Both the position numbers and the translations under genes were made by a program. 39,260 nt of DNA from an uncultured Bifidobacterium sp. (lineage in GTDB: Bacteria > Actinomycetota > Actinomycetes > S36-B12 > UBA5976). Shown one piece after another: positions 1 through 10,595 of the stretch. The notes under the pieces were generated by a model. That model was not told the DNA's origin. It did not search any database and was given only the letters and a program-made list of their open reading frames with translations. How positions within the stretch are numbered: the stretch's first letter is position 1; each line of letters opens with the position of its first letter. The DNA lies in the NCBI GenBank assembly GCA_964639395.1, contig CAZXCT010000002.1, forward strand, positions 11,925 through 51,184, read 5' to 3'.

Positions 1-1981
1 CCTCAACTAAAAGACCGATCTGGGTTCTTTTTTTAGTGCGAATTAAATGATGATGAACGGCAGAAGTTAGTAGCAGTGAAGGTATGGGCGCATAGTCGAG
101 ATCACTGTCTCTATCGGAGAGAATTAAAAGGGTTTTTCCAGCAGCAATATGTTTATCAACCTCTTCAAAGATCTCATTGAGCCGACTTTCGAGTGCTACC
201 CCGCCCCCATTCACGTAATAAAGTCCTGAAATTTTGGTCGCTGCAAAATTTGCATGCTTTTCGTCTTTATTTATATGCAGTAATTTTGCTAGCTCGTCAT
301 TGTCAATTATCGGAAACGGTAAAACCACTTGACTTGCATGTTTTTGGGTTGGGGCAAGCAAGTTTCCCTCCGGGCCAATCGTGCTTGCTAAAGAAGTAAT
401 GATTTCTTCTCGAATTGCATCTAGTGGAGGATTTGTAACTTGGGCAAAAAGTTGTGTGAAATAGTCAAATAACAATCTAGATTTTTCACTCAGCACCGCA
501 ATTGGGGTGTCTGATCCCATGGAGCCCAAAGACTCTGCCCCATTTTGTGCCATCGGGCTCAAAATTAAGCGAAGCTCTTCTTCGGTATATCCAAAAGTTT
601 GCTGTCTTCTAACCACCGAAGATCTTGTGTGCTCTATGTGCTCACGATCAGGCAATTGCTCTAGGTGGATTAGTTCTGCTTTCACCCAGTCTTGATAAGG
701 ATTAGCCTGTGCTAGTTCATTTTTTATCTCTTCATCTTCAATAATGATTCCGTTAACAGTGTCCACCAAAAACATTTTTCCGGGTTGCAATCTACCTTTG
801 CGAATAACTTGATTTTCTAATTCAGGCAAAACACCGCTCTCGCTGGCTAGCACAACTAATCCATCAGAGGTAACCCAAAATCTTCCTGGACGCAAACCAT
901 TTCGATCGAGTACTGCGCCCGCTAATTCACCATCGGTAAATGTTACGCAGGCAGGACCATCCCAAGGTTCCATAAAAGTACTATGAAATTCGTAGAAGGC
1001 TTTTCTTGCTAAATCCATCTCTGGGTTGTTTTCCCAGGCTTCGGGAATCATCATTAATACGGCGTGAGGCAGGCTGCGTCCTGCTAGATGCAGCAGTTCT
1101 AATACTTCGTCAAATGAGGCAGAATCACTCATACTTGAAGAGATAATTGGAAAACATCTTTTGATATCACCGTCAATATATTCAGTGGATAGTCCACTTT
1201 CACGTGCCTGCATCCAATTACGATTTCCTTTTACGGTATTTATCTCACCATTGTGAGCAATAAATCTGTACGGATGGGCCAATGGCCAAGATGGAAATGT
1301 ATTTGTGCTAAATCGCGCATGGACTAGCGCAACTTTTGATTTTACCCGCTCATCAGATAAATCTAAAAAGAACGTTTCTAGTTGAGCAGTTGTTAGCATG
1401 CCTTTGTAAACTAAGGTGCGAGCAGAGAGTGAAGCAAAATAAATATTCTCTTCGCGTTCAATAATTTTACGTAAAGGATATATCTTTCTATCAAGTGCTA
1501 ATCCACGTTCACTAGCTTGACCCTTAACAAAAAGCATTTTAAATTGTGGCATCAAGGCTAGGGCGGATTTTCCAATTCCAGCAGAGTTTATAGGCACATC
1601 GCGGTACCCAAGAATCTCTAGATTTTCTTTTTTTGCTACCTCTAAAATTAGTTTTTTAATCTGATTTATTTCAGATTCTTCATTCGGAAAAAACCCAATC
1701 CCTACCGCATACTCTCCAGCACTCGGAAGTTCGAAATCCACAATTGCTCTTAAGAATTCATCTGGAACCTCGATCAAAATCCCGGCGCCATCACCGGTCT
1801 CGACCTCCGCACCAGAAGCACCGCGGTGTTCAAGATTTTTGAGCGCCAACAATCCAGATTTCACTATGGAATGAGTAGCGGTTTTATTAAGTGTGGCAAC
1901 CATGGCTACGCCACAGGCATCTTTTTCAAACTCAGGACGGTAAAGCCCTTGAGAAGGTGGAAACTGATTTTTGATTGCCAA
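1..1981 (-). CDS. gltB: Glutamate synthase large subunit, N-terminal ~660 codons (3' end runs off the left edge)
   Basis: Absent from the ORF track because there is no stop in the window. Hand translation of the minus strand from TTG at 1981 (AGGAG 5 nt upstream) gives AIKNQFPPSQGLYRPEFEKDACGVAMVATLNK...LEHRGASGAEVETGDGAGILIEVPDEF, a class-II amidotransferase N-terminus. Spot checks in the same frame near 1080 (GRSLPHAVLMMIPEAWENNP) and at 1-61 (AVHHHLIRTKKRTQIGLLVE) also read as GltB. Confidence 0.9.
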   Translation of the reverse strand, partial: MAIKNQFPPSQGLYRPEFEKDACGVAMVATLNKTATHSIVKSGLLALKNLEHRGASGAEVETGDGAGILIEVPDEFLRAIVDFELPSAGEYAVGIGFFPNEESEINQIKKLILEVAKKENLEILGYRDVPINSAGIGKSALALMPQFKMLFVKGQASERGLALDRKIYPLRKIIEREENIYFASLSARTLVYKGMLTTAQLETFFLDLSDERVKSKVALVHARFSTNTFPSWPLAHPYRFIAHNGEINTVKGNRNWMQARESGLSTEYIDGDIKRCFPIISSSMSDSASFDEVLELLHLAGRSLPHAVLMMIPEAWENNPEMDLARKAFYEFHSTFMEPWDGPACVTFTDGELAGAVLDRNGLRPGRFWVTSDGLVVLASESGVLPELENQVIRKGRLQPGKMFLVDTVNGIIIEDEEIKNELAQANPYQDWVKAELIHLEQLPDREHIEHTRSSVVRRQQTFGYTEEELRLILSPMAQNGAESLGSMGSDTPIAVLSEKSRLLFDYFTQLFAQVTNPPLDAIREEIITSLASTIGPEGNLLAPTQKHASQVVLPFPIIDNDELAKLLHINKDEKHANFAATKISGLYYVNGGGVALESRLNEIFEEVDKHIAAGKTLLILSDRDSDLDYAPIPSLLLTSAVHHHLIRTKKRTQIGLLVE

Positions 1982-2035
1982 GATCGCTCCTGTACGAAAT
2001 TTCGCTAGGACAACGCTGGCCTGGGATATATATTA

Positions 2036-2752
2036 CTAGATTTGCAAGATTCCGCCGACGAGGTTCCCTAAGTACCAAGTAACCGCGGCCGCTCCTGCCC
2101 CAATGAACAATTGACGAAATGCCGAAAAGTACCAAGTTTTAATTGTTACCAAAGAAACCAGTGCACCCAAAATGAAAAGCCCCAACAATGAAATGACGAC
2201 CGTAGGCAAAATTCCTTCTACCCCAAATAGGTACGGTAATAGTGGGATTGCCGCACCAAGTCCGAATGAGAAAAATGAGGCTACGGCGGCGACGGTTCCG
2301 CTGGGTAAGTTATCAACTTCTACTCCAAGTTCTAACCGAACGTGAAGCGCCAAAGCGGTATCAGCATTTTTACTTACCTCTATCGCTGCAATGCGTGCTG
2401 TTTCAGCACTCATCCCCTGATTTTGAAACATTCGAGATAATTCATCTATTTCTTCTTGTGGGTTATTTTTAATTTCATCTTTCTCTTTTTTAATTTCAGC
2501 TTCAGCTAATTCAGACTGGCTAGCAACTGAGGTGTACTCTCCCGCTGCCATTGAAAAAGCGCCCGCAAGTAATCCGGCAATTCCCGCTAAAATAACTGAC
2601 TGATTAGTGGTTGCGCCGGCTGCCGCTGAACCGCCAGCAACTCCTACCATCAATGCCAGGTTAGAAACCAATCCATCCATCGCACCAAAAACTGCTGGAC
2701 GTAACCATCCACCACTAATGTCGCGATGATTTTCGTCTAAATTAATCCCCAT
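2036..2752 (-). CDS. VIT1/CCC1-family iron/manganese transporter
   Basis: 238 aa. N-terminal GGWLRPAVFGAMDGLVSNLALMVG, a central charged helix (AEAEIKKEKDEIKNNPQEEIDE) and C-terminal hydrophobic helices fit the VIT-family layout. The start overlaps the upstream stop by 1 nt (TAATG). Confidence 0.8.
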   Translation of the reverse strand: MGINLDENHRDISGGWLRPAVFGAMDGLVSNLALMVGVAGGSAAAGATTNQSVILAGIAGLLAGAFSMAAGEYTSVASQSELAEAEIKKEKDEIKNNPQEEIDELSRMFQNQGMSAETARIAAIEVSKNADTALALHVRLELGVEVDNLPSGTVAAVASFFSFGLGAAIPLLPYLFGVEGILPTVVISLLGLFILGALVSLVTIKTWYFSAFRQLFIGAGAAAVTWYLGNLVGGILQI

Positions 2753-3465
2753 TAATTGTTTGCTTCAGCAATTTTGGCCAACAAAGATGCAGTGTCATTC
2801 AAGATTTTAGAATCTAGTAATTGATCTTCGAGAAATGCTCCGGGTGTTCCTGGTACACCACGTAGGCTTGCTGCTAATTGAGAGTTTCTTGCCCAATCTT
2901 TATATTTTTCAGATGAGAGACAATTTTCAAAAGAATCGAGTTGTGTTGTCTCGATCCCAATCTCTTGCGCTAAATCAATAAGTTGTTGATTTGTCCAACC
3001 AGTGCCATCTGAAGGTTGAAGCGTAAAAACCCCTGAATGAAATTCTAAAGTTTTACCTTCGTCAACCGCACAACCGAAAGCCATTGTTGCTCGTAGCGAG
3101 GCATTTTTAGCGGCTGGATTTTTATCCAAGAAAATCATTGGGTGAAAATACAAATCAATATCACCCTTATTGGCGCTGTCTAATACTGTCGAAAATCCAC
3201 TGCCTTCAAAACTAGCGCAGGCTGGGCATTGAAAGTCTTCATAAAGTGAAAACTTAGGAGCATCTGGTTGCCTATTGAAAGGAACCCCGTAGTCGTTTGC
3301 GGCTGTTACACCCGCTGGCAATTGCGCATCTGTAATAAATTCAGTTATTTCATCAACCGGAGTGTTCGCAACCTCTGCTTCACCTTTTGCCCATACCGCC
3401 AATCCAATGATCCCAGCCACCACTGCGGTGATTAGTAGGCCACCAATAATTTGTATATTGCGCAT
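2752..3465 (-). CDS. Membrane-anchored DsbA-family thiol:disulfide oxidoreductase
   Basis: 237 aa. N-terminal TM segment (IIGGLLITAVVAGIIGLAVWA) and a thioredoxin-fold CxxC motif (FQCPACASFE). AAGGAG lies 5 nt before the ATG. Confidence 0.8.
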   Translation of the reverse strand: MRNIQIIGGLLITAVVAGIIGLAVWAKGEAEVANTPVDEITEFITDAQLPAGVTAANDYGVPFNRQPDAPKFSLYEDFQCPACASFEGSGFSTVLDSANKGDIDLYFHPMIFLDKNPAAKNASLRATMAFGCAVDEGKTLEFHSGVFTLQPSDGTGWTNQQLIDLAQEIGIETTQLDSFENCLSSEKYKDWARNSQLAASLRGVPGTPGAFLEDQLLDSKILNDTASLLAKIAEANN

Positions 3466-3503
3466 TTCACTCCTTGATATCTAGTCGATATTCTAACTGT
3501 GGT

Positions 3504-4304
3504 TTAACTCTTGCGCTTTAAGCCTGCACATAACTGCCGAGTAAGGTTGGCAATTTCTTCTTTAGCTAAGTCAAAATCTTGATTATCCAGTATCAACTTA
3601 ACAAAAGCGCTTCCGACAATCACCCCATCGGCAAATCTACTAATAGTTTCTGCCTGCGCCGCAGTGCTAACGCCCAGTCCTACCGCGATCGGCAAATTTG
3701 TTTGACTTCTTAGTCGCATAACTAACTGCTCTGCTTGAGAAGAAACTTGATCTCTCGTACCGGTTACTCCCATTAGGCTTGCCGCATATACAAAACCATC
3801 TATCTCATTTACTACTTTTGCAATTCGTTTATCAGTGCTTGAAGGTGCAACCACGAAGACTCGTGCCACGTCGTGATTTGACGTGCTCGATATCCACTCC
3901 GCTGCTTCTTCGATAGTTAAATCTGGTGTGATGACTCCAGCCCCTTTGGCATTTGAAAAATTTGAAACAAACTTCTCAACTCCATACTTTTCTATTGGGC
4001 TGTAATAACTCATGATCAATACCGGCTTGTTTTCACTTGCTAAATTTTTTACTAGATCAAAACAATCCTCAATAGATGTGCCATTTGCTAGCGAAATGTC
4101 CACTGCTTGTTGAATTATTGGCCCATCCATCAGTGGGTCGCTATATGGAAGACCAACCTCAACGAGATCCGCACCATTTTGAAGAATTATTCTGAGTATT
4201 TCTTCTGACTTTTCTTTTGTTGGAAACCCAGCCGGTAGGTACGCGATTAACGCTGCCCGACCCTCTGCTTTTGCCTTATTAAAAATTTCTTGAATTTGGT
4301 TCAT
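3504..4304 (-). CDS. trpA: Tryptophan synthase alpha chain
   Basis: 266 aa. LIAYLPAGFPT, VEVGLPYSDPLMDGPIIQ and GVIVGSAFV motifs. Lies 3 nt downstream of trpB. Confidence 0.96.
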   Translation of the reverse strand: MNQIQEIFNKAKAEGRAALIAYLPAGFPTKEKSEEILRIILQNGADLVEVGLPYSDPLMDGPIIQQAVDISLANGTSIEDCFDLVKNLASENKPVLIMSYYSPIEKYGVEKFVSNFSNAKGAGVITPDLTIEEAAEWISSTSNHDVARVFVVAPSSTDKRIAKVVNEIDGFVYAASLMGVTGTRDQVSSQAEQLVMRLRSQTNLPIAVGLGVSTAAQAETISRFADGVIVGSAFVKLILDNQDFDLAKEEIANLTRQLCAGLKRKS

Positions 4305-4307
4305 TTA

Positions 4308-5516
4308 TTAAACTTTTAATCCAAACCAGTTAGCAGCCGTTTCAACATCTTTGTCTCCACGTCCAGAGCAATTGATCACAAAGATGTCTTCGGGTGAATA
4401 GTTTTTACCAATTTTTAAAACTCCAGCGATGGCATGTGCGGTTTCAATAGCCGGGATTATTCCTTCAAGTTTACTTAGCAATGAAAATCCTTCCATCGCT
4501 TCAGTGTCTGTAATGGGTTGGTAGTTCGCCCGTTTTAAATCTTTTAACCAAGCGTGCTCTGGCCCTACTCCGGGATAATCCAAACCAGCACTAATTGAAT
4601 GGCTAGCCATTGTTTGCCCATCTTCATTTTGTAGAACATAACTTCGCGTTCCATGCAATATTCCTGGCGCGCCACCACTGAGCGTTGCGGCATGTCGACC
4701 TGTGGCTATTCCATCACCGGCAGCTTCAAATCCATAGAGCTCAACTGATTCATCATCGATAAACGGGTGAAAAATCCCAATTGCATTTGATCCGCCGCCA
4801 ATACAAGCCGCGACGACATTTGGTAAACGACCGGTTTGTTGCAAGATTTGTTCACGAGTTTCAATTCCAATAACTCGATGAAAATCTCGCACCATAATTG
4901 GAAACGGATGTGGACCAGCGACTGTACCTAATAAATAGTGAGTTGTTTCAACATTAGTTACCCAGTCTCTCATCGCTTCATTTATTGCATCTTTAAGAGT
5001 TTTGGTTCCAGCGGTTACGGGTACAACTTGCGCACCGAGTAATTTCATTCTGGCTACATTTAGTGCTTGTCGTTTCGTATCCTCTTCACCCATATAAACA
5101 ACGCATTCCAACCCAAAGAGGGCAGCGGCGGTTGCGGTGGCAACTCCATGCTGACCGGCACCAGTCTCTGCAATGACGCGCTTTTTACCCATTTTTACTG
5201 TGAGAAGTGCTTGTCCCAAAACATTATTGATTTTGTGTGAACCAGTGTGGTTTAAATCTTCGCGCTTTAAAAAAACTCTGACCTTAGCCAATTCGCTGAA
5301 ACGTTTTGCTTCTGTTAACGGGCTTGGCCTACCCACGTAATCCCGATTTAGCGCGGCTAACTCGTTTACAAACTCAGGATCATTTTTTGCATTTTGATAC
5401 TGGATATCTAGTTCGTCTAGCGCATTAATTAACGCCTCAGGCACAAAGCGCCCACCATAGGGTCCGAAGTGACCCGTGGCCAAATCGAGCTTTAATCTCT
5501 CTTCACTAATAGTCAT
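4308..5516 (-). CDS. trpB: Tryptophan synthase beta chain
   Basis: 402 aa. [29 protein letters not shown] (PLP lysine) and GGGSNAIG motifs. Confidence 0.97.
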   Translation of the reverse strand: MTISEERLKLDLATGHFGPYGGRFVPEALINALDELDIQYQNAKNDPEFVNELAALNRDYVGRPSPLTEAKRFSELAKVRVFLKREDLNHTGSHKINNVLGQALLTVKMGKKRVIAETGAGQHGVATATAAALFGLECVVYMGEEDTKRQALNVARMKLLGAQVVPVTAGTKTLKDAINEAMRDWVTNVETTHYLLGTVAGPHPFPIMVRDFHRVIGIETREQILQQTGRLPNVVAACIGGGSNAIGIFHPFIDDESVELYGFEAAGDGIATGRHAATLSGGAPGILHGTRSYVLQNEDGQTMASHSISAGLDYPGVGPEHAWLKDLKRANYQPITDTEAMEGFSLLSKLEGIIPAIETAHAIAGVLKIGKNYSPEDIFVINCSGRGDKDVETAANWFGLKV

Positions 5517-5518
5517 GG

Positions 5519-6328
5519 TTAGATTCTGCCCTGTTTTGTAGAAGGATGCGCGCCGGCAGTAACCAATTCGTGTACTGCTAATTGGGGATCGGGCGCTTTC
5601 ACCAAACTTTCACCAACTAAAACTGCATCTGCACCCGCTAAAGCGTATGCCTTTAAATCTTTAGGCCCAGAAATCCCCGATTCAGCAATTTTAACTGCGC
5701 CATTGGTTATCAGTGGAGCAATTCTGCTGAAGGTTTTTGGATCGACTTCTAGCGTTTTTAGGTTTCTACTATTAACCCCGATTATGTTGGCGCCTGCCGC
5801 CATCGCGCGCTCAACTTCCGACTCATCGTGAACCTCAACTAGCGGCGTCAAGCCAATACTCCTTGATCGCTCGATCAAACTAACTAATGCTTCTTGCTCT
5901 AAGGCAGCAACAATGAGCAAAACTAAATCTGCTCCGTAGGCGCGCGCTTCCCATAATTGATATGAAGAAACTATGAAATCTTTTCTTAAAATCGGAAGAT
6001 CAACTGATTTTCTAACCTTTTTTAAATCGTCAAGACTTCCAGAAAATCTTCTTTTTTCAGTAAGAACGCTGATGCAATGCGCGCCACCTGCTTCATAAGC
6101 TTTAGCTAATTGATCGGGTTCTTTTATTTCAGCCAAAGCACCTTTGCTTGGACTAGATCTTTTTACCTCAGCAATAACAGCTACACCTTCTTGGCGAAGT
6201 ATTGGTAGCGGATCAATAGTATTTTCTCGTTTGCTGGCAAGCTCTTTTAATTGATCTAGTGAGACATCTTTTTGACTTTGCGCTAAATCCTCGCAAACAC
6301 CCGCTACTATTTCATCTAGCACGGACAT
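5519..6328 (-). CDS. trpC: Indole-3-glycerol phosphate synthase
   Basis: 269 aa. [24 protein letters not shown] and VGESLV motifs. Confidence 0.95.
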   Translation of the reverse strand: MSVLDEIVAGVCEDLAQSQKDVSLDQLKELASKRENTIDPLPILRQEGVAVIAEVKRSSPSKGALAEIKEPDQLAKAYEAGGAHCISVLTEKRRFSGSLDDLKKVRKSVDLPILRKDFIVSSYQLWEARAYGADLVLLIVAALEQEALVSLIERSRSIGLTPLVEVHDESEVERAMAAGANIIGVNSRNLKTLEVDPKTFSRIAPLITNGAVKIAESGISGPKDLKAYALAGADAVLVGESLVKAPDPQLAVHELVTAGAHPSTKQGRI

Positions 6329-6337
6329 AGTAAATTC

Positions 6338-6526
6338 CTAGTTCTTAACTTTGCTATATTTTTCCCAGACTACCCAAATCAATATCGCGATTGCAGAAAG
6401 AGCAATCCCACCCCAAAAAAAGTTCCAATTTCCGACGACTAATCCGAGTGTCGAAATTATCGACGCCAAAATAATAAGCACGGTGCCGGTCCAAGCGGCA
6501 GGAGTATGGCCATGACTATTGCTCAT
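6338..6526 (-). CDS. Small two-TM membrane protein with an HGxxPAAW N-terminal motif, trp-operon associated
   Basis: 62 aa. MSNSHGHTPAAWTG followed by two hydrophobic helices. Wedged between trpE (26-nt gap) and trpC (9-nt gap) on the same strand. Confidence 0.7.
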   Translation of the reverse strand: MSNSHGHTPAAWTGTVLIILASIISTLGLVVGNWNFFWGGIALSAIAILIWVVWEKYSKVKN

Positions 6527-6552
6527 TAGGTTCCTCTCTGAATATCTCGACT

Positions 6553-8076
6553 TTACTTAAAGCCCTCCGCGGTATTAACTGCTGCCATCACAACAGCCGC
6601 TTTATTAGCACATTCCACGTCCTCATTTAACGGTTTGCTGTCCGCAACGATTCCCGCCCCAGCCTGCACATAGGCAATTTGGTTTTTTACTACCGCGGTG
6701 CGGATTGCTATCGCAAAATCCATATCTCCGGCAAAATCAAAATAGCCCACCGCACCACCGTATATACCGCGTTTAACTTCTTCAAGTTCATCGATAATTT
6801 CCATTGCTCTCACTTTTGGAGCACCAGAAAGTGTCCCAGCCGGAAATGTGGCTTTCAATGCATCAATACTTGAAAATTGCGGCTTTAACTTGCCAATTAC
6901 GGTAGAGACTAAATGCATCACATGACTATATTTTTCAACTTGCATAAACTGCGCAACTTTTACCGATCCTGCCTGACAAATACGACCTAAGTCATTTCGA
7001 CCTAGATCAACCAGCATTAGATGCTCGGCTCTTTCTTTGACGTCATTAAGTAAATCTTGCGCAATCTTTTCATCTTCAATCGGATCATCTGATCTATGTC
7101 GAGTTCCAGCGATGGGATGCATTTTTGCTAGCCCTTTATTAACTGTTACTAAGGCCTCAGGACTCGAGCCAACTATGTCAAACTCAGTTTTTGAAAAATC
7201 TGCGTTAGGGATTCTGAGGTAAAACATATATGGGCTGGGATTAGAGACACGCAAAGAACGGTAAATATCAAAACTATCTGCAGTGGTTGGTTTAACAAAT
7301 CTTTGTGAAAGTACTATTTGAAAAGCATCTCCTGCTTTTATGTACTCGATGGCTTTTTTAACTTTGACTTCAAATTCTTCACTAGTGGTAAGTCGATCAA
7401 ATGATTTCTCACTTGCTGCATTATTACTTGTATTCATCTCAAACCCTTGAGATAAGCGACTTTCCATTTCTGCTATACGTGATATTGCATCGTTCCAGGC
7501 AGCCGCTACGCCTTGGTCGGTTGCGTTGTAATTTATCGCGTTCGCTATCAGCCAGACGCTTCCGTTCGAATGATCTAGAACTGCAAAATCAGTAGCTAAC
7601 AACATAGTTAGGTCAGGTACCTCTAATTGATCAGGATTTGAATTTGGCAACTTCTCAAAATTTCGCACCATGTCATACGACACATAACCAACTAATCCAC
7701 CAGTTAATGGCGGTAAGTCTGGTAAAGATTCGCCTTTCAAAAACTCTATGGTTTGCTTAAGTACCTCCCAGCTATTTCCGTTTTGAGAGACACCAATTGG
7801 AACTCGACCAAACCATTTCGCTTGCATATTTTCATCCTGCAGCATGGCTGAAGAGTTAACGCCTACAAATGAATATCGTGACCAACTTTGCGTTCCATCG
7901 GCAGACTCTAATAAAAATGTACCTGGTCGATTTTGAGCCAGCGTCATATAAAGCGCTACCGGAGTGAGCGTGTCAGCCAAGACTCTTTTAACAACTGGAA
8001 TAACTTTCAAATCTTTTGCAAGATCTTCAAACTCTGATAACTGTGGGTAGACCGCCCCAAGTTGATACTGTTTCAA
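6553..8076 (-). CDS. trpE: Anthranilate synthase component I
   Basis: 507 aa. FLLESADG, chorismate-binding C-terminal block (GTLSGAPKVRAMEIIDELE, RGIYGGAVGYF, IRTAV). TTG start overlaps the hisI stop (TTGA). Confidence 0.95.
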   Translation of the reverse strand: MKQYQLGAVYPQLSEFEDLAKDLKVIPVVKRVLADTLTPVALYMTLAQNRPGTFLLESADGTQSWSRYSFVGVNSSAMLQDENMQAKWFGRVPIGVSQNGNSWEVLKQTIEFLKGESLPDLPPLTGGLVGYVSYDMVRNFEKLPNSNPDQLEVPDLTMLLATDFAVLDHSNGSVWLIANAINYNATDQGVAAAWNDAISRIAEMESRLSQGFEMNTSNNAASEKSFDRLTTSEEFEVKVKKAIEYIKAGDAFQIVLSQRFVKPTTADSFDIYRSLRVSNPSPYMFYLRIPNADFSKTEFDIVGSSPEALVTVNKGLAKMHPIAGTRHRSDDPIEDEKIAQDLLNDVKERAEHLMLVDLGRNDLGRICQAGSVKVAQFMQVEKYSHVMHLVSTVIGKLKPQFSSIDALKATFPAGTLSGAPKVRAMEIIDELEEVKRGIYGGAVGYFDFAGDMDFAIAIRTAVVKNQIAYVQAGAGIVADSKPLNEDVECANKAAVVMAAVNTAEGFK

Positions 8077-8423
8077 GATTGGCGCTCCAGACCAATTCCT
8101 GAATCAAAACAACTTACTTCGCCACTATGACAAGCTGCTCCTTTTTGGTTAACTACTATTAAAAGACTATCGCCGTCGCAGTCTGAACTTAATGACACCA
8201 AATCTTGTGTATTTCCACTAGTTTCACCCTTTACCCAAATCGCACTTCGTGATCTTGAAAAGTATGTAACCTTTCCAGTTTGAAGAGTTTTAATAATCGA
8301 TTCACGACTCATCCATGCTTGCATTAGTACGCGCTTAGTCGACTGTTCTTGAGCTATCGCCACAATTAAACCATCGCTATTAAACTTTAAAGAAGCGAGA
8401 AGTTCCTCTAGTGATTGATTCAT
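8073..8423 (-). CDS. hisI: Phosphoribosyl-AMP cyclohydrolase (monofunctional)
   Basis: 116 aa. LMQAWMSRESI, YFSRSRSAIWVKGETSGN and CDGDSLL...ACH motifs. Confidence 0.93.
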   Translation of the reverse strand: MNQSLEELLASLKFNSDGLIVAIAQEQSTKRVLMQAWMSRESIIKTLQTGKVTYFSRSRSAIWVKGETSGNTQDLVSLSSDCDGDSLLIVVNQKGAACHSGEVSCFDSGIGLERQS

Positions 8424-8454
8424 GTCACTATTTTGGTCTATCAGTAAATTCGTG

Positions 8455-9228
8455 CTACTGCTGCGGGTAACTTCTGGTCGGTATCTGATTCTTTATCAAG
8501 TCTGCTTTAACTTGCTCGATTGAAAATGTACCCATATGAAACACGCTGGCGGCTAACGCGGCATCTGCTCCGGCTGTAATTGCAGCCGAAAAATCCGCCG
8601 GACAACCCGCCCCGCCAGATGCGACTACCGGAACTGTTGAAATCTCTCTTGCTAATTTAATCATTTCTATATCAAATCCACCTTGAGTTCCATCTGCATC
8701 TATTGAGTTCAATAATATTTCACCAACGCCAAGTTCAATTGCCTGTTTAATCCAGTCCACCGCATCTACTTCTAGAGTTTTCTTACCCCCATGAGTAGTG
8801 ATAACAAATCCACTGTTTGAGTTTCCACGCTTGGCATCTACCGAGAGAGTAATTACTTGTGAGCCAAATTTCTCGGCGATTTCAGTTATCAAAAGTGGTC
8901 TAGTAACTGCCGCAGTATTGATTGATACCTTGTCACAGCCGGCTTTTAGTAAAGTAAGAACGTCCTGCACACTTGCGACTCCACCGCCGACACAAAGTGG
9001 GACAAAAACTTTCTCAGCAGTTTTTTCAACTACTGAAACGATTGCTTTTCGATTTTCGATACTGGCAGAGACATCTAGAAAAACTAATTCATCAACTCCA
9101 GCTTTTGCATATTTTTCTGCTAACTCAACCGGCTCACCCAATTCAATTAAATTTTCAAAGTTGACACCTTTAACAACTTTTCCATCTTTTACATCTAGGC
9201 AGGCTATAACGCGTTTAGCTAGGGTCAT
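8455..9228 (-). CDS. hisF: Imidazole glycerol phosphate synthase, cyclase subunit
   Basis: 257 aa. [27 protein letters not shown] and [12 protein letters not shown] motifs. Confidence 0.96.
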   Translation of the reverse strand: MTLAKRVIACLDVKDGKVVKGVNFENLIELGEPVELAEKYAKAGVDELVFLDVSASIENRKAIVSVVEKTAEKVFVPLCVGGGVASVQDVLTLLKAGCDKVSINTAAVTRPLLITEIAEKFGSQVITLSVDAKRGNSNSGFVITTHGGKKTLEVDAVDWIKQAIELGVGEILLNSIDADGTQGGFDIEMIKLAREISTVPVVASGGAGCPADFSAAITAGADAALAASVFHMGTFSIEQVKADLIKNQIPTRSYPQQ

Positions 9229-9961
9229 TTGATTTCCGATTCGCTATTTCAAGTGCCTGTGGCAAAGTGAACCTATTGGCATATAGCGCCTTCCCTAATA
9301 TGGCACCCTCTATGCCTAACGGTATTAAACCAACTAATTTTTCGATATCTTCCAAACTTCCTATGCCACCTGAGGCGATCAATGGCTTATTTGTAACTTG
9401 AGAAATCTTTATCAAGAGGTCGGTATTAACGCCCTGCAAAGTTCCATCTTTATTCACGTCGGTTACCACATATCGTGCTGCGCCATCTTTTTCTAATCGT
9501 TCTAAGGTTTCAAATAAATCCCCACCTTCTTTAGTCCAGCCACGTGCGCTTAACTTGTTACCTCTTACATCTAAACCAATTGCAATCTTTTCTTGATATT
9601 CGCCTATTACCTTTTGGGTCCACTCGGGATTTTCAAGTGCAGCAGTCCCAAGGTTTACCCTGGTTGCCCCAGTTGCGAGAGCAGCTCTCAATGATTCGTC
9701 ATCACGGATTCCACCAGAAATTTCTACTTTGATATCTAAATGACCAACCACCTTCGCTAATTGATCAAAGTTACTTCCGGTGCCAAATGCTCTATCTAAA
9801 TCAACTAAATGAATCCATTGCGCACCTAGCTTTTGCCAATTAAGCGCTACTTCAAGTGGATCCCCGAAGTCTTGTTCGGTTCCGCGTTCGCCTTGAACTA
9901 GACGCACCGCTTTGCCATTTTGTACGTCAACTGCTGGTAGTAGTTCGAGTTGTTTAGTCAT
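9215..9961 (-). CDS. hisA: ProFAR isomerase HisA; probably the dual-substrate PriA type (HisA/TrpF) as in other Actinobacteria
   Basis: 248 aa. [24 protein letters not shown] and [11 protein letters not shown] motifs. No trpF in the adjacent trp genes. The PriA assignment is inferred from taxonomy and context. Confidence 0.9.
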   Translation of the reverse strand: MTKQLELLPAVDVQNGKAVRLVQGERGTEQDFGDPLEVALNWQKLGAQWIHLVDLDRAFGTGSNFDQLAKVVGHLDIKVEISGGIRDDESLRAALATGATRVNLGTAALENPEWTQKVIGEYQEKIAIGLDVRGNKLSARGWTKEGGDLFETLERLEKDGAARYVVTDVNKDGTLQGVNTDLLIKISQVTNKPLIASGGIGSLEDIEKLVGLIPLGIEGAILGKALYANRFTLPQALEIANRKSNDPS

Positions 9962-10595
9962 TGAGTTGTTTCAACCAATTTTCTATAAGTTTTAATCCTG
10001 CAGGGCCTGATTTTTCAGGGTGAAATTGTGTTGCCCAGAGCGGACCATCTTCAATCGCCGCTATAAAGTCTTCATAGTAATTCGACTTGTGCACTAACGG
10101 TTTTATAAAGGGCTCAGTTCGCTCAAAATCTAGTTCTTTCGCCGCGAAACTATGTAAAAAATAAAATTGTTCTGTTTCAATATCAGAAAACATTTTTGAA
10201 CCAGCACTTACCTTAACTGAGTTGAATCCCATGTGAGGCAATATTTTGGCTGTTAGTTGTGTTACCGCACCGCGCCATTGAGCCAGCCCCAGAGTAGTAA
10301 TTGAATGTTCTTCACCTTCACTAAACATTACCTGCATTCCGACACAAATCCCAAGGATTGATTTATTACTAACCAATCTCTTATCTACAATTTCAGCTGC
10401 TCGCACTTTATTCAAGCCCTCCATGCACGAGGCGTACGCACCTACTCCGGGGACAATTAATCCATCTGCTTGAAGACAGGTTTTGAAATCGTTTGAAAGC
10501 TCAACGGTATAACCACTTCGTTCAACAGCTCGCATCACTGAGCGAACGTTTCCGAATCCGTAATCTAAAACAATTACTTTATTTGCGGATGTTAT
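9954..10595 (-). CDS. hisH: Imidazole glycerol phosphate synthase, glutamine amidotransferase subunit; start codon non-canonical (ATA?)
   Basis: Catalytic LGICVGMQ and QFHPEKSG motifs. The ORF-track start (GTG at 10538) cuts off the conserved first strand. Upstream the frame reads (ATA)[18 protein letters not shown] with no ATG/GTG/TTG back to the in-frame TGA. I extended the call to the ATA at 10595-10593, which overlaps the hisB stop. Confidence 0.85.
   Translation of the reverse strand: MTSANKVIVLDYGFGNVRSVMRAVERSGYTVELSNDFKTCLQADGLIVPGVGAYASCMEGLNKVRAAEIVDKRLVSNKSILGICVGMQVMFSEGEEHSITTLGLAQWRGAVTQLTAKILPHMGFNSVKVSAGSKMFSDIETEQFYFLHSFAAKELDFERTEPFIKPLVHKSNYYEDFIAAIEDGPLWATQFHPEKSGPAGLKLIENWLKQLND

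Noticed and set aside
8073-8110. A trp leader peptide or attenuator upstream of trpE.
   Set aside because: The trpE start overlaps the hisI stop (TTGA). There is no non-coding sequence in which an attenuator could reside.
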